64,000 nt of DNA, taken from positions 20,198 through 84,197 of IMG/VR virus record IMGVR_UViG_2916441648_000002; one strand, given 5' to 3'. Below are positions 1-8,933 of the stretch, in pieces. A program made the position numbers and the translations under genes. The notes under the pieces are model-generated. The model was not told where the DNA came from and made no database searches. It saw nothing but the letters and a program-made list of their open reading frames with translations. Within the stretch, counting starts at the first letter, position 1; each line of letters starts with the position of its first letter. The stretch is from a virus. Taxonomy: Duplodnaviria; Caudoviricetes.

Positions 1-321
1 CTTCAGAGCCTCACTGTCAGGCTGGTTCATTGATGCTTCACGCGATGACTTACCTGAGTGGCACTCGATGCACAGCGTCCACAGGTTGCGCTCATCGTTT
101 TCACCGCCAAACTGCAGTGCTATTCGGTGGTCAAGCTCACTGTCATGAAGATCTACTACGCGTCCACACATGCAGCAATGGCCACCATCACGAACATATA
201 TCCTGCGCTTAAGGCCAACCCTTGCACTTCCACTTACTCGGCGGTTCTCGCCATATACAGGTTTAATGCGGCGGGTGTCGATAGCTTTAAGACGCGGCTT
301 CAGCGTCTTTAGTTTTCCCAT
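1..321 (-). CDS. HNH endonuclease, packaging-associated (3' end outside window)
   Basis: Manual translation from ATG at 321: MGKLKTLKPRLKAIDTRR...HCCMCGR...ELDHRIALQFGGENDERNLWTLCIECH; CxxC, DH-x-GG-N and CxxCH motifs; absent from the ORF track because there is no stop in the window. Confidence 0.85.
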   Translation of the reverse strand, partial: MGKLKTLKPRLKAIDTRRIKPVYGENRRVSGSARVGLKRRIYVRDGGHCCMCGRVVDLHDSELDHRIALQFGGENDERNLWTLCIECHSGKSSREASMNQPDSEALK

Positions 322-538
322 CGGTTGCTCCAGAATCTTTTATATCCTTTAATGCCCTCACCGCAGGCCGAGACATGACGATGCTTTGACACGCATGGAT
401 AGCCTGACAAAACTCTATGCGCTCATTGGGGTGTTCTACGGGAAGTTTTAGATATAGGTTCCAGGCTTCACCTAGCATCTGAGCTACATCTCTTTCTTCT
501 ACACTCAAATAACAAGGAATTGACTCTTCTTTAGACAT
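287..538 (-). CDS. Hypothetical phage protein (83 aa, MSKEESIPCYL...)
   Basis: GGAGG RBS before ATG 538; coupled to the upstream stop at 531-533 and overlapping the HNH start. Confidence 0.65.
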   Translation of the reverse strand: MSKEESIPCYLSVEERDVAQMLGEAWNLYLKLPVEHPNERIEFCQAIHACQSIVMSRPAVRALKDIKDSGATDGKTKDAEAAS

Positions 539-1124
539 GTAACCTCCATGCCTTGCGGCGTTCTGTTCTTGGTTGCTTATCTCTCGCAGGTTCAACAGGC
601 TTCCCATCAGCATGATCAACCAATGAATAACACGGGTAGATGACTGGTCCTCCGTGCGCATCACCCACGGCATAATCAGCAGCTTTACTGTGGCTCCATT
701 TATCCAACACTTTCTGGATATGCTTTGGTGGGACACAGTAGCAGACTCCGTGTATCAATCGCGTGAGCGTGATGAATTCAGCCCGAGACTTATCAGCAGC
801 GATAAGCTTCGATGCAATCTCAAGCTGATACTGAGGTGGCCTTCCTGTACCGAGATAGAAGCTGATAAGTGAATCTGGGTAGCGCTCAATCCAGTCGTAA
901 ACAGAAGAGATAAATCCTTCCACTGGCAGAGCATCATCCTCTAACACAACAACGTGGCAGCCTTGCTCTTTTGCCCACTCAAGTGCGCGTCGATGGTTCC
1001 AGTTCGCGCCATGGTCTTCGTAGTCAATGAGCATGTGAGCATCGAGTATGCCGCATAGCTCCTTAGCTGCATCAATGCGCTTATGATGGCCAACCACAAC
1101 AAACTTCACTTGTGTTTCCACCAT
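531..1124 (-). CDS. Putative glycosyltransferase, GT25-like/GT-A (197 aa)
   Basis: VVVLEDDA motif like the GT25 xEDD motif; clear homolog at 43728-44318. Confidence 0.6.
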   Translation of the reverse strand: MVETQVKFVVVGHHKRIDAAKELCGILDAHMLIDYEDHGANWNHRRALEWAKEQGCHVVVLEDDALPVEGFISSVYDWIERYPDSLISFYLGTGRPPQYQLEIASKLIAADKSRAEFITLTRLIHGVCYCVPPKHIQKVLDKWSHSKAADYAVGDAHGGPVIYPCYSLVDHADGKPVEPARDKQPRTERRKAWRLHV

Positions 1125-2566
1125 GCCGCCTCCTTACCGATACCATCAGTCTTGAAAACGGTATGAACCATAGGGCCGGTGACCAGCCTGTCAGCGAATA
1201 ACTGCGCGACAATACCGAACGCCAGCATGTCACCCACCGCAGCGCCAGCCTGTTCTTTCTTCCAGAAACGATAACTCTCTATCCGGTAGTAAAGACGGAT
1301 GATGCCGTGAGCGAACGCCATTACATCAGTGCGGGTTCCACCCAGCAGACCAGCGTTAAGCATCACATCGCCGCGGTGCGTTTCAATGAATTCCTGATAG
1401 ATACGCTCAGGATGATTCTGTTTCGCCCAGGTGTCGGCGTAGGTCTTCGGTTCAGAACCGACGTATACAGTGCCGGGATGCATTTCTTCCCACGGTGCAC
1501 GGAGCATTTCTACATCGGTACCATCGGTACACCAGACGAACCGGTATTCAGGGTGATCGCGCAGGTGCTGCCAGATATGCAGCCAGCGACGGAAGTAGAC
1601 ATTCATCTTCACGTCAGAAACGCGATGCAGCTCAACGTCTGCCGGTGCCGTCTGAAGTTCATCCACCAGCGCGATACGGCCACAATTCCGAAGCGATGAG
1701 GCCCATTTAGACAGCATGTCAGGCGAGGCCGTCATTTTCGTGCCGCGCTGAGGGTCAGGCTGACTGGTCAGTAACGTAGTGATTACCACGTCGCGTTGCC
1801 GCCGGTACTCCACATAACCGGTAAACCCGGTATCGCGCCGTTCGTTGTGGATTTTAACGTTACGTTCCACCAGCGCCTGCCGGTCTGGTTTCGGTACCGA
1901 ACGCTCCACGGCCTCATGCTCATCGAGAGAATGAATCAGCTTTTCTGAACCGACGACGTCACCGTAAGCCCACGTCGTAAGACCAGCGTTATGGATGCGC
2001 AGGGCAAGGTCGCTGTGTTCGTACATGCCGCGACCGTAAACCGGATCGAAACCGCCAACCTTCTCGATAGCGCTACGGTGGTAATACAGCATCACGCCGC
2101 GCTGCCCGGTGTAAGCGATGTGCTTATCATCCCGGTACAGGACCGCCATATCCTTCAGCTTATTCGTCCCTGCCAGATCGAGAAACTGGTAAGCCAGGTG
2201 CGGTTCGGGTGATTCGATGTATGGAAGGTGCCAGTTATCAGCGATGGGCCAGGCGTCATCGTCCCAAAGGAAAAGATGCTCACACCCGGCGTCCATCAGC
2301 GCGGTTAAACTGGCGTTCTTCGAAGCAACAATGCCGAGTGATGTTTCATGGCGAAGCAGCTGCACGCCGTGGGGAACTACCGCTGCAGGCTTTGAGCCAT
2401 CGTCTATCACAACCACCAGCGCACCAGATGGAAGATGCTTCATGTGCTGCTCAATCGCGCGTAGTAACACTTCAGGACGATTATGAGTAGTGATTGCTAT
2501 CCCGATTCTGCTGGAGACTATGCTGGCAGGTTCATACTGAACACCATCAATTGTGACCTTCGGCAT
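1106..2566 (-). CDS. Two-domain glycosyltransferase: N-terminal GT2 plus C-terminal GT-A-like domain (486 aa)
   Basis: IAITTHNR, VVIDDGS and FLWDDD are GT2 motifs; C-terminal CTDGTDV and LNAGLLGG; start refined to MPKVTIDG; homolog at 44300-45757. Confidence 0.8.
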   Translation of the reverse strand: MPKVTIDGVQYEPASIVSSRIGIAITTHNRPEVLLRAIEQHMKHLPSGALVVVIDDGSKPAAVVPHGVQLLRHETSLGIVASKNASLTALMDAGCEHLFLWDDDAWPIADNWHLPYIESPEPHLAYQFLDLAGTNKLKDMAVLYRDDKHIAYTGQRGVMLYYHRSAIEKVGGFDPVYGRGMYEHSDLALRIHNAGLTTWAYGDVVGSEKLIHSLDEHEAVERSVPKPDRQALVERNVKIHNERRDTGFTGYVEYRRQRDVVITTLLTSQPDPQRGTKMTASPDMLSKWASSLRNCGRIALVDELQTAPADVELHRVSDVKMNVYFRRWLHIWQHLRDHPEYRFVWCTDGTDVEMLRAPWEEMHPGTVYVGSEPKTYADTWAKQNHPERIYQEFIETHRGDVMLNAGLLGGTRTDVMAFAHGIIRLYYRIESYRFWKKEQAGAAVGDMLAFGIVAQLFADRLVTGPMVHTVFKTDGIGKEAAWWKHK

Positions 2567-2641
2567 ATGTTGATCCTGCTCTTTTATGTTTTTAGTTTTC
2601 CAGATGATAAATTGATTGCTCAATCAACAAAGGGCATAAAA

Positions 2642-2989
2642 ATGGGTTTAAAAATTACAGGTTGCATCGTTCAGCACGTAGGAACCATTGTCAGGGCTCC
2701 AGAAGGTTTTGATATATCCATTGATTCATCATCACTTCATAACGTTGGGACAATTGCTGATATTTATGAGAAAAAATCAGAAATTTTAAAGGCTCTCGGT
2801 ATAGATACCAACACGCCGGAGGAAGTGCTGAAATCAGTTGTACAGGAGATGAGACACTCTCCTAACGAAACTGAAGAGAAACGTTTACAAATCGTGAAGA
2901 ACTCCAAGCTGATGGAATTCATATCGACTTCTGCAAACCTTGCAACCATCGCCACATTCATATTTGAGGTTTCAAAACTGGTTGTTTGA
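2642..2989 (+). CDS. AT-rich moron, hypothetical protein (115 aa) antisense to the late operon
   Basis: ATG 2642 with purine-rich RBS; low GC; opposite strand to its neighbours. Confidence 0.65.
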   Translation: MGLKITGCIVQHVGTIVRAPEGFDISIDSSSLHNVGTIADIYEKKSEILKALGIDTNTPEEVLKSVVQEMRHSPNETEEKRLQIVKNSKLMEFISTSANLATIATFIFEVSKLVV

Positions 2990-3060
2990 GAAAAGTTGCA
3001 CGCCCCTTTCACACCCATTACGAAGTTATTCTTCTTTAATGGGGGTGAAAGGTTCAGTAG

Positions 3061-3336
3061 TTAACTTCCAGATTCAACTCCAAACAGAAGCAGGGCTTCT
3101 TCCGACTCTTTGATAGCTTTAGTCGTTCTGGCCACCAGCCCGCTTTCAGATGTTACCCGGCTTAACTGGTTAACGAAGATTTGATACTTCAGCGGATCGT
3201 CACCAACAAACTTAATCGCGTCTGCAGCGGCGGCAGTGTCGTAGTTCAAGTTCTGCAGCAGGTTTAAGCGGATTTGCTGGGCAGGTGTTACCGTGATTTC
3301 AGCCATTGCTGTTCCTCTGTATGGGGTGATTGGCAT
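3061..3336 (-). CDS. Hypothetical phage protein (likely starts at MAEITVTPAQ)
   Basis: Open ORF on the late strand between lysis and GT genes. Confidence 0.6.
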   Translation of the reverse strand: MPITPYRGTAMAEITVTPAQQIRLNLLQNLNYDTAAAADAIKFVGDDPLKYQIFVNQLSRVTSESGLVARTTKAIKESEEALLLFGVESGS

Positions 3337-3341
3337 TACTG

Positions 3342-3536
3342 CTATTTTACGATGCTATCAATTTGATCGCCGAGGGTGGCCGTCTCGCGTATCTCCTGGA
3401 CAATATAGGAGGCATGCTCACGGTTTACGGCGTATATAGTGAAGGAGAAAGAACGCCCATCTGCATCGGAAAAGTTAACAGAGAACGGGTACCAGTCTTT
3501 CCCTTCGTGATGAACGGATCCAGGCATGCTTGCCAT
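3342..3536 (-). CDS. Small hypothetical protein (64 aa)
   Basis: AGAGGA RBS, late-strand orientation. Confidence 0.6.
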   Translation of the reverse strand: MASMPGSVHHEGKDWYPFSVNFSDADGRSFSFTIYAVNREHASYIVQEIRETATLGDQIDSIVK

Positions 3537-3589
3537 GCTTTATCCTCTGGTGGGTATATTGATTGTCTTATCCGCTGGTGGGGATAGGA

Positions 3590-3700
3590 TTAGATTTTTC
3601 TTAGCATTGGCATCCGATGACACCATGGAAAGTAATCAATAGGCTTTAAATCTCTGTATTCAATTACTCTACCGCAGCATAAGCACTGATAAATTGTCAT
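3590..3700 (-). CDS. 36-aa Cys-rich zinc-ribbon-like peptide
   Basis: Manual translation MTIYQCLCCGRVIEYRDLKPIDYFPWCHRMPMLRKI; GAGGG RBS upstream; below the ORF-track cutoff. Confidence 0.5.
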   Translation of the reverse strand: MTIYQCLCCGRVIEYRDLKPIDYFPWCHRMPMLRKI

Positions 3701-3730
3701 GCTGTCACCCTCATGCATTGTTGATGGAAA

Positions 3731-3768
3731 CCATTATCAAGCCCACCAGCAGGTGAGCTTTGTAATGG
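3731..3768. terminator. Conserved hairpin downstream of lysis genes
   Basis: CCATTATCAAGCCCACC-AGCA-GGTGAGCTTTGTAATGG; identical copy near 47596-47633 in prophage 2. Confidence 0.55.
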
Positions 3769-4005
3769 CTATCCGTCAGCAAAAGAAACACCGAGGTCGA
3801 TGATGACTTTTTTCTGTTCCTCAATACGACGTTCAAGCTCTGCTACCGCATGAGGGCGGATTGCCTCTTCAAAGGCAGCATCCTGATATGCTGACTGGAT
3901 AGTCACACCGAGACCACCTCCGCCAGCGATGAGATCGCGCTGTTTTTGCAGTTCTCGAATGTTTTCCCAGATGCTATAGGCACGACTTAAGTCCTGAACT
4001 TTCAT
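3769..4005 (-). CDS. Hypothetical protein (78 aa, MKVQDLSRAY...)
   Basis: Follows the o-spanin, AGAGAG RBS. Confidence 0.6.
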   Translation of the reverse strand: MKVQDLSRAYSIWENIRELQKQRDLIAGGGGLGVTIQSAYQDAAFEEAIRPHAVAELERRIEEQKKVIIDLGVSFADG

Positions 4006-4071
4006 CTGTGTCTCTCTTTTGGGTGGGTATGGAAATATCCCCGCTATTGAATGTGAACACAGCAGCATGCT

Positions 4072-4287
4072 TCACTCCTGTTTCTGGCAGTTCGCCTGCC
4101 ACGCTTTGTTATGCGCCAGGATGTCTTTCTTCGTCTGGCGGTCCATAACGTCGATGTCGTGATCCGTCAGGTAGATTGGACTTACCCATTCGCAGGCAGT
4201 ATCAACTACCACCGGGACGCTTCCACGATTCGCGCAGCTCGCGGTTAACATCGTCATCAGGCATACGGCTAATAGTCTGCTGAACAT
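4072..4287 (-). CDS. o-spanin (Rz1-like lipoprotein)
   Basis: Lipobox LTASC; overlaps the i-spanin 3' end in another frame. Confidence 0.75.
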   Translation of the reverse strand: MFSRLLAVCLMTMLTASCANRGSVPVVVDTACEWVSPIYLTDHDIDVMDRQTKKDILAHNKAWQANCQKQE

Positions 4288-4477
4288 TCCTTGCCTCCTT
4301 AATGACTTCTACGCAGCGTTCTGCTGAAGCTTTCATTGCTGCGGCCTTTTCTTCTGTGCGCTGCTGGTCTGCTTTCGCTTCCGCTTTGCTGGTGCCGCGT
4401 GAATGCCCAATGCCAAAAGCACCAGCGATAGCCGCCATTATCAGGGCAGCAATACCGACGATTGTTTCTAATCCCAT
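4202..4477 (-). CDS. i-spanin (Rz-like)
   Basis: N-terminal TM helix plus coiled coil, directly after the endolysin. Confidence 0.75.
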   Translation of the reverse strand: MGLETIVGIAALIMAAIAGAFGIGHSRGTSKAEAKADQQRTEEKAAAMKASAERCVEVIKEARNVQQTISRMPDDDVNRELRESWKRPGGS

Positions 4478-4484
4478 ATCAACC

Positions 4485-5111
4485 TCACACCAGTACCGTT
4501 TTGGCCTGCCCGAAGCGAGCGCGACGATCTTCCAGTCCGTTCGTGCCGCCGTTGATAATCTTCGTCACCTGCATCAGGTCGCCGGAATACTTCAGGCATC
4601 CCTTAGTAGCAAAGAACCACGCTGCGCTTCTGGCTGCATAAACATCTTCGGCCAACAGTTCAGGCTGCTTAACCAAATCAACCTTCAAGCCGTTCCCACA
4701 ATCACGGTAGTTATTGAGGCCGGTAATCTGGATAAGTCCACGCCCACGGTACAACCAGCCGTCGCCGGGAGCGTTGTTCCCCATGCGTTTGCTGTATACC
4801 AGGTTAGCGATAGCTCGCTGCCGTTCAATGGGTAATGTTCGTTCTTCAGGGCGGCGTCCAAGCGCGTTTGCCTGATCAGTAGTGATGCGGCCTGCTCGGA
4901 TGAAGTTAACAAGGCCAGCAATGCGATAGTTGAAGCTCTCCACCAGCAGAATGAACCCAGCTGATTCATGCCCTGCCTGAGCAATGAACATTGCCTGATC
5001 TACCGGATTGGTGATGCCAAACTCTTTCATCGCATCACTGACTGGCTGAAACCAGCGCACAGCTAATTCGGCGCTTAACCCAGCCGCCTTTTGAAATTGT
5101 GATTGGTTCAT
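4485..5111 (-). CDS. Endolysin, glycoside hydrolase family 19
   Basis: [20 protein letters not shown] and [11 protein letters not shown] are GH19 motifs. Confidence 0.9.
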   Translation of the reverse strand: MNQSQFQKAAGLSAELAVRWFQPVSDAMKEFGITNPVDQAMFIAQAGHESAGFILLVESFNYRIAGLVNFIRAGRITTDQANALGRRPEERTLPIERQRAIANLVYSKRMGNNAPGDGWLYRGRGLIQITGLNNYRDCGNGLKVDLVKQPELLAEDVYAARSAAWFFATKGCLKYSGDLMQVTKIINGGTNGLEDRRARFGQAKTVLV

Positions 5112-5392
5112 TAGTGCCTCAGTGCATCAACCAGACGCGCTACGTTTCCCCGAGCCCAGAGAACGGCAGCACAAATCAGGACGTTCACCAGCACCACAAA
5201 CCAGTGCGATTCATGGTACAGGCCGAACAGGTAACGGAAAGGGACGCTGGCATATACCAGCACCGTGAAATAAGCCATCAGCGATATCAGAGGGCGATGT
5301 CTCGCCCCACCGCGCTGGTAGAACATCAAAGCAATAACGATCACCGCACAGATAAGGGCGTTCACCATTGCTGTAGGATCACTTGCCACCAT
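5111..5392 (-). CDS. Holin-family membrane protein
   Basis: About three hydrophobic segments; stop overlaps the endolysin start. Confidence 0.75.
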   Translation of the reverse strand: MVASDPTAMVNALICAVIVIALMFYQRGGARHRPLISLMAYFTVLVYASVPFRYLFGLYHESHWFVVLVNVLICAAVLWARGNVARLVDALRH

Positions 5393-5774
5393 TGCTGGTC
5401 CCTCCACCACGTAAACGAGAGAGAATTCCAAACAGGCTACCCAGATCCTGACTGTTGACGAAAGTCAGCAGCTTAATTGCAATAGCAGCTACGATTACCG
5501 CGCCAAGCGCATCAAGCGGCCTGTCGCTATACCCCGTCCATTTGGAGAAGTAAGAGCCAAGCAGCGGTGCACCGATGACACCGAAGATAAATGAGGTGAT
5601 GAAGTAGCCCACCAGTTTAAGGCGGCTGATATTAACCGCCGTAGCGACGTAGAACACCGCACCAGCAAATGCGCCAAACACCACACCGTAATCAATTCCG
5701 GTTGCCAGGCCAAACATGCTGGCCCCCATCAGACCACCAGCAGCTACCGTAGTGCCAGAAACAGGATCGGACAT
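5379..5774 (-). CDS. Putative holin/antiholin membrane protein
   Basis: Multiple hydrophobic segments; first gene of the lysis cassette. Confidence 0.7.
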   Translation of the reverse strand: MSDPVSGTTVAAGGLMGASMFGLATGIDYGVVFGAFAGAVFYVATAVNISRLKLVGYFITSFIFGVIGAPLLGSYFSKWTGYSDRPLDALGAVIVAAIAIKLLTFVNSQDLGSLFGILSRLRGGGTSNGGK

Positions 5775-5973
5775 TTAGCCCCCTCTTATTGCCGTGAGTC
5801 CTCTCAGAACGAGGGGAAACAAAAAAGGCCGCCATTTGGCAGCCCTTAGAAACAACAAAACCCCGCCGTAGCGAGGTTTTTTATATTTTCTTTCTAACCG
5901 TGGACATACAAAGCCCATCGTTAGTGTCAAATTACATCAAAAACGGCAACATTGCAAGCATCGTGACGTTAAA

Positions 5974-6804
5974 TTACGCGATATCCGTCAAATTATCGTT
6001 TCGTGTTACTTTTTTCAGTTGGGTGTTTGAATAGCTCTCCTCCTGAAAGCAGCGAGAAACAAGCATTTCGTAGAATGGTTTCCAGCTGTAGCGCCAGGTG
6101 CGATCAGGAAGACTTGGCAGCTCAGAGAATATTCCCCGGTAAGCAACAGATGACTTTGGCCTGCTGTAACCGCGCCCTTCGCAGCGCTTGCATTCCTTAT
6201 AAACAGGTACGCCTTGCAGCTCAGTTGCTTTGCGGTCCAGTGTCTTACCTGTTCCTCCACACTGGCAGCGCTTACTTATTTTCCCGGTACCGTTGCATTT
6301 TGCGCAGAGTGATTGCTCAACGTTCTTCACCTCTCGTTTCTTTTCAAAAGATGATGGCGACTGTCCGAGGTCTTTTGCCCACTGAGGAATCCTCATTGTG
6401 TAATGGCTTTTGGTGACCGTACCGACTTTTTCAATTAGACCTTTACCGTTGCATTTTGGACAATCGGATAAATCAGCAGCTGACGATGCATAGTCGTTAT
6501 AGGCGAACTTGGCCATGATGAGCATACAGAGGGGAAATTTCTTACCTGCGAGACGGCGTACAGCAAAAGGCGCGGATTGCTTGGCATATTCAGCAAGCCA
6601 GTTTATTGAAGCTTCTCTGTCCTGCTTGCTGACTCTGGCCTTACCAAGATACATAGCAAGGCCAATTCCTGCGTCAGCCTGAGTCATACCCAGCGCAGCC
6701 ATAACATCAGTAACCGTCAGTTGTTCGCTGGCAGTAGCGCGAACACTATCGGAAATATGCATTCCTTTTGGGGCAAAGAATTTAACAACGTTATCGAGGT
6801 CCAT
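5974..6804 (-). CDS. Late antitermination protein Q (lambda/P22 type, zinc finger)
   Basis: LTVTDVMAALG, CPKCNGKG, CQCGGTG and CKRCEGRG; immediately upstream of lysis. Confidence 0.85.
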   Translation of the reverse strand: MDLDNVVKFFAPKGMHISDSVRATASEQLTVTDVMAALGMTQADAGIGLAMYLGKARVSKQDREASINWLAEYAKQSAPFAVRRLAGKKFPLCMLIMAKFAYNDYASSAADLSDCPKCNGKGLIEKVGTVTKSHYTMRIPQWAKDLGQSPSSFEKKREVKNVEQSLCAKCNGTGKISKRCQCGGTGKTLDRKATELQGVPVYKECKRCEGRGYSRPKSSVAYRGIFSELPSLPDRTWRYSWKPFYEMLVSRCFQEESYSNTQLKKVTRNDNLTDIA

Positions 6805-6816
6805 GAGCGTCTCCAC

Positions 6817-7806
6817 TTACGCCAGTACGCCGATTTCCAGCGCACGATCTAAAAACCGAAACAACAGCACCAACTGGTCGCCGTGCTTCGCTTCAAATGC
6901 CACAGGATCAGCGTGCAACTCGTCGTGATGTGCTCTGCACAGCGGTATCACAAACAGGTCATGCGCTTTGGTTCCCATTCCACCCTGCCCATGGCCTATC
7001 AGGTGGTGGGGGTCGTCTGCCGGGTTATTGCAGCAACTGCATTGCTGCGACTTCACCCAGCGGGTGTACTTCTCGTTCTCCCAGCGGCGGCGCTTTGGCC
7101 TAAGCATGAAAGATTCCGGTGACTCGGGGTCTACCTTAACGGAGACAACCTTCTTCACCTTCTCCTGGAGGATTTCAGTCGCCGGTAACGACGGAACAAT
7201 GTCGCTTTCCCTCATTACGGAATTATGCGATTCAGGCTTTATCCTGAGGGCTTTGCTCGCCACTGATTCAGGAATAAGGTCAACCAGATCGTTGCGTACC
7301 ATCCACCAGCAGAACTCCGGAAGCGTCAGGGTGTGGTCTTCGCTGAATCCCAGCATAATATTCACCCTTTCGAGTAACCATTTTACCAGGTTCTGCATGG
7401 CAATTCCTGCCAGTCTTTCAGTGGTTTGTTCACGTAACTGGTTATCACAACCCCAGCAAAGACGAATGCTACCGGGTGCATGCCGCATCACGGTAAAGTC
7501 TCTGGCATGCCAGTCTGTATGAGGCCACTGACATTCAAATTTTCTTTCCAGCCAGGCATCAAGCCCATTCAGGCCACCAGCACGCTGGATAACCCTTTCA
7601 TTCTCAAAAATAGCCTGCATACTGTCATCATCTGTCAGCGGCTGGTGCGCTTCCGGAATCAGCCCAGATGGCAGGTGCAGGATTGCTTCCGAAGGCTTTT
7701 CGATCACCACCCTTCCCTGTCGGAATAACCAGAGCAGTTCGTTTCCGGGGCGGAACAGCACCACACCGGACATCGGAGCAACTTCAGGTGTCAGTATGGC
7801 TCTCAC
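6817..7806 (-). CDS. DUF968/YdfU-like protein
   Basis: C-terminal CSCC...DDPHH...PLCRAHHDELH nuclease-like domain; nin-region position. Confidence 0.8.
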   Translation of the reverse strand: MRAILTPEVAPMSGVVLFRPGNELLWLFRQGRVVIEKPSEAILHLPSGLIPEAHQPLTDDDSMQAIFENERVIQRAGGLNGLDAWLERKFECQWPHTDWHARDFTVMRHAPGSIRLCWGCDNQLREQTTERLAGIAMQNLVKWLLERVNIMLGFSEDHTLTLPEFCWWMVRNDLVDLIPESVASKALRIKPESHNSVMRESDIVPSLPATEILQEKVKKVVSVKVDPESPESFMLRPKRRRWENEKYTRWVKSQQCSCCNNPADDPHHLIGHGQGGMGTKAHDLFVIPLCRAHHDELHADPVAFEAKHGDQLVLLFRFLDRALEIGVLA

Positions 7807-8528
7807 GAAATTTGCCCCTTAGCGATATGCTCTGCCCACAGGCCGCCAATCCAGCGCACCCCCTTTGCGGTAAAGCGAGACTGGTTGAAAGCGTAGTTGG
7901 TCTGGTTGGTAGTCCCGGTCTTAACTTCAAAGCGCCCTGCTTCGATATGTTTGCTCTTCGGAGTAAGCACGCGGTTAAGTCGGTACATGATGCCGTTCTC
8001 AATGAGGAACATCGCGAACTCGGGCTCTTTGGCGTTCAGGAGCTTGGCAACCTGCCGGAACGTCATTGAGCCAGTGGCTTTAACATAGCGATCAACAAAT
8101 TCAGCCTTAGGCGCTGCTATGGCCAGTTCTTCACTCAGACGTTGCTTCTGTTCTGCAAGGTCAGCGGCAAGGCGTAGTGCTTCAGGAAGTGTTTGAGGAA
8201 CCACCATCCCGGCCCCGCTCTCCAGTTCCTGCCAGCGGTCAACAAGACGGGCGGTAAACTCTGGGCAGAGCTGCGCGACGATAACGTAGCTATCGCGCTT
8301 GTTAACTTCGTAGTAATGGTAAACCTGCTGGTTCTGGGGATGGGTGTACTGCATTGCAGCATACCCCCCAATTACGCCCGAGTTCATAAGTCGCTCGATT
8401 GTCACGCAGACGTTGCTGTGGCGAGAGTCGACCAGTTTCGCAATTTCACGGCTGGACATCGTTATTTGATGCCCCATCGCGGCGCTGTGATGGGTCGGAC
8501 ACATTACGGTGATATTCATCTGATTCAT
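7803..8528 (-). CDS. Phage antirepressor-like protein (Rha-like N-terminus, ANT/KilAC C-terminus)
   Basis: MSSREIAKL, ARLVDRWQELE, PQTLPEALRLAADL, APKAEFVD. Confidence 0.8.
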   Translation of the reverse strand: MNQMNITVMCPTHHSAAMGHQITMSSREIAKLVDSRHSNVCVTIERLMNSGVIGGYAAMQYTHPQNQQVYHYYEVNKRDSYVIVAQLCPEFTARLVDRWQELESGAGMVVPQTLPEALRLAADLAEQKQRLSEELAIAAPKAEFVDRYVKATGSMTFRQVAKLLNAKEPEFAMFLIENGIMYRLNRVLTPKSKHIEAGRFEVKTGTTNQTNYAFNQSRFTAKGVRWIGGLWAEHIAKGQIS

Positions 8529-8543
8529 GCTCTTCTCCACTTA

Positions 8544-8933
8544 TCAGGCGGCTGCACCCGCCAGAGGTTCATGTTTCTTGATCGATATCTCTACTCGCCC
8601 ACCAGGTACTTTCGGCCCCCACTCCACCAGCATTCTCTGCACCTGACTGTCATCCTCCCAGATGCCAGCGTGAGTAAGCGCATCAAACAGAGCCTTGTTG
8701 TAGTTGTCGATATCACGGCGTCGTTCGTCAGGTGGGTAAAGCATAATTTCGACGGCTGCCGGTGCAGTTGAAGGCTTGGGAAGAAAACGTAACTGCTCAA
8801 CGATAGCCACACAGGCAGCGCTTTGATATGCCCTGCCCTTGGCGCTGATCAGATGCCGGCCTTTTAACGGCCCCTTATTCGGGGCTCGCCAGTAGGTGTT
8901 TACGCTCGGCGGGAACGGGAGCACCAGTTTCAT
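8544..8933 (-). CDS. rusA: RusA-like Holliday junction resolvase
   Basis: LPFPPSVNTYWR, RRDIDNYNKALFDAL and WEDDSQV motifs. Confidence 0.9.
   Translation of the reverse strand: MKLVLPFPPSVNTYWRAPNKGPLKGRHLISAKGRAYQSAACVAIVEQLRFLPKPSTAPAAVEIMLYPPDERRRDIDNYNKALFDALTHAGIWEDDSQVQRMLVEWGPKVPGGRVEISIKKHEPLAGAAA

Noticed and set aside
531-2566. gtrABC-type O-antigen conversion locus
   Set aside because: No GtrA flippase, no TM-bearing GtrB/GtrC, and the position is in the late operon rather than beside att.
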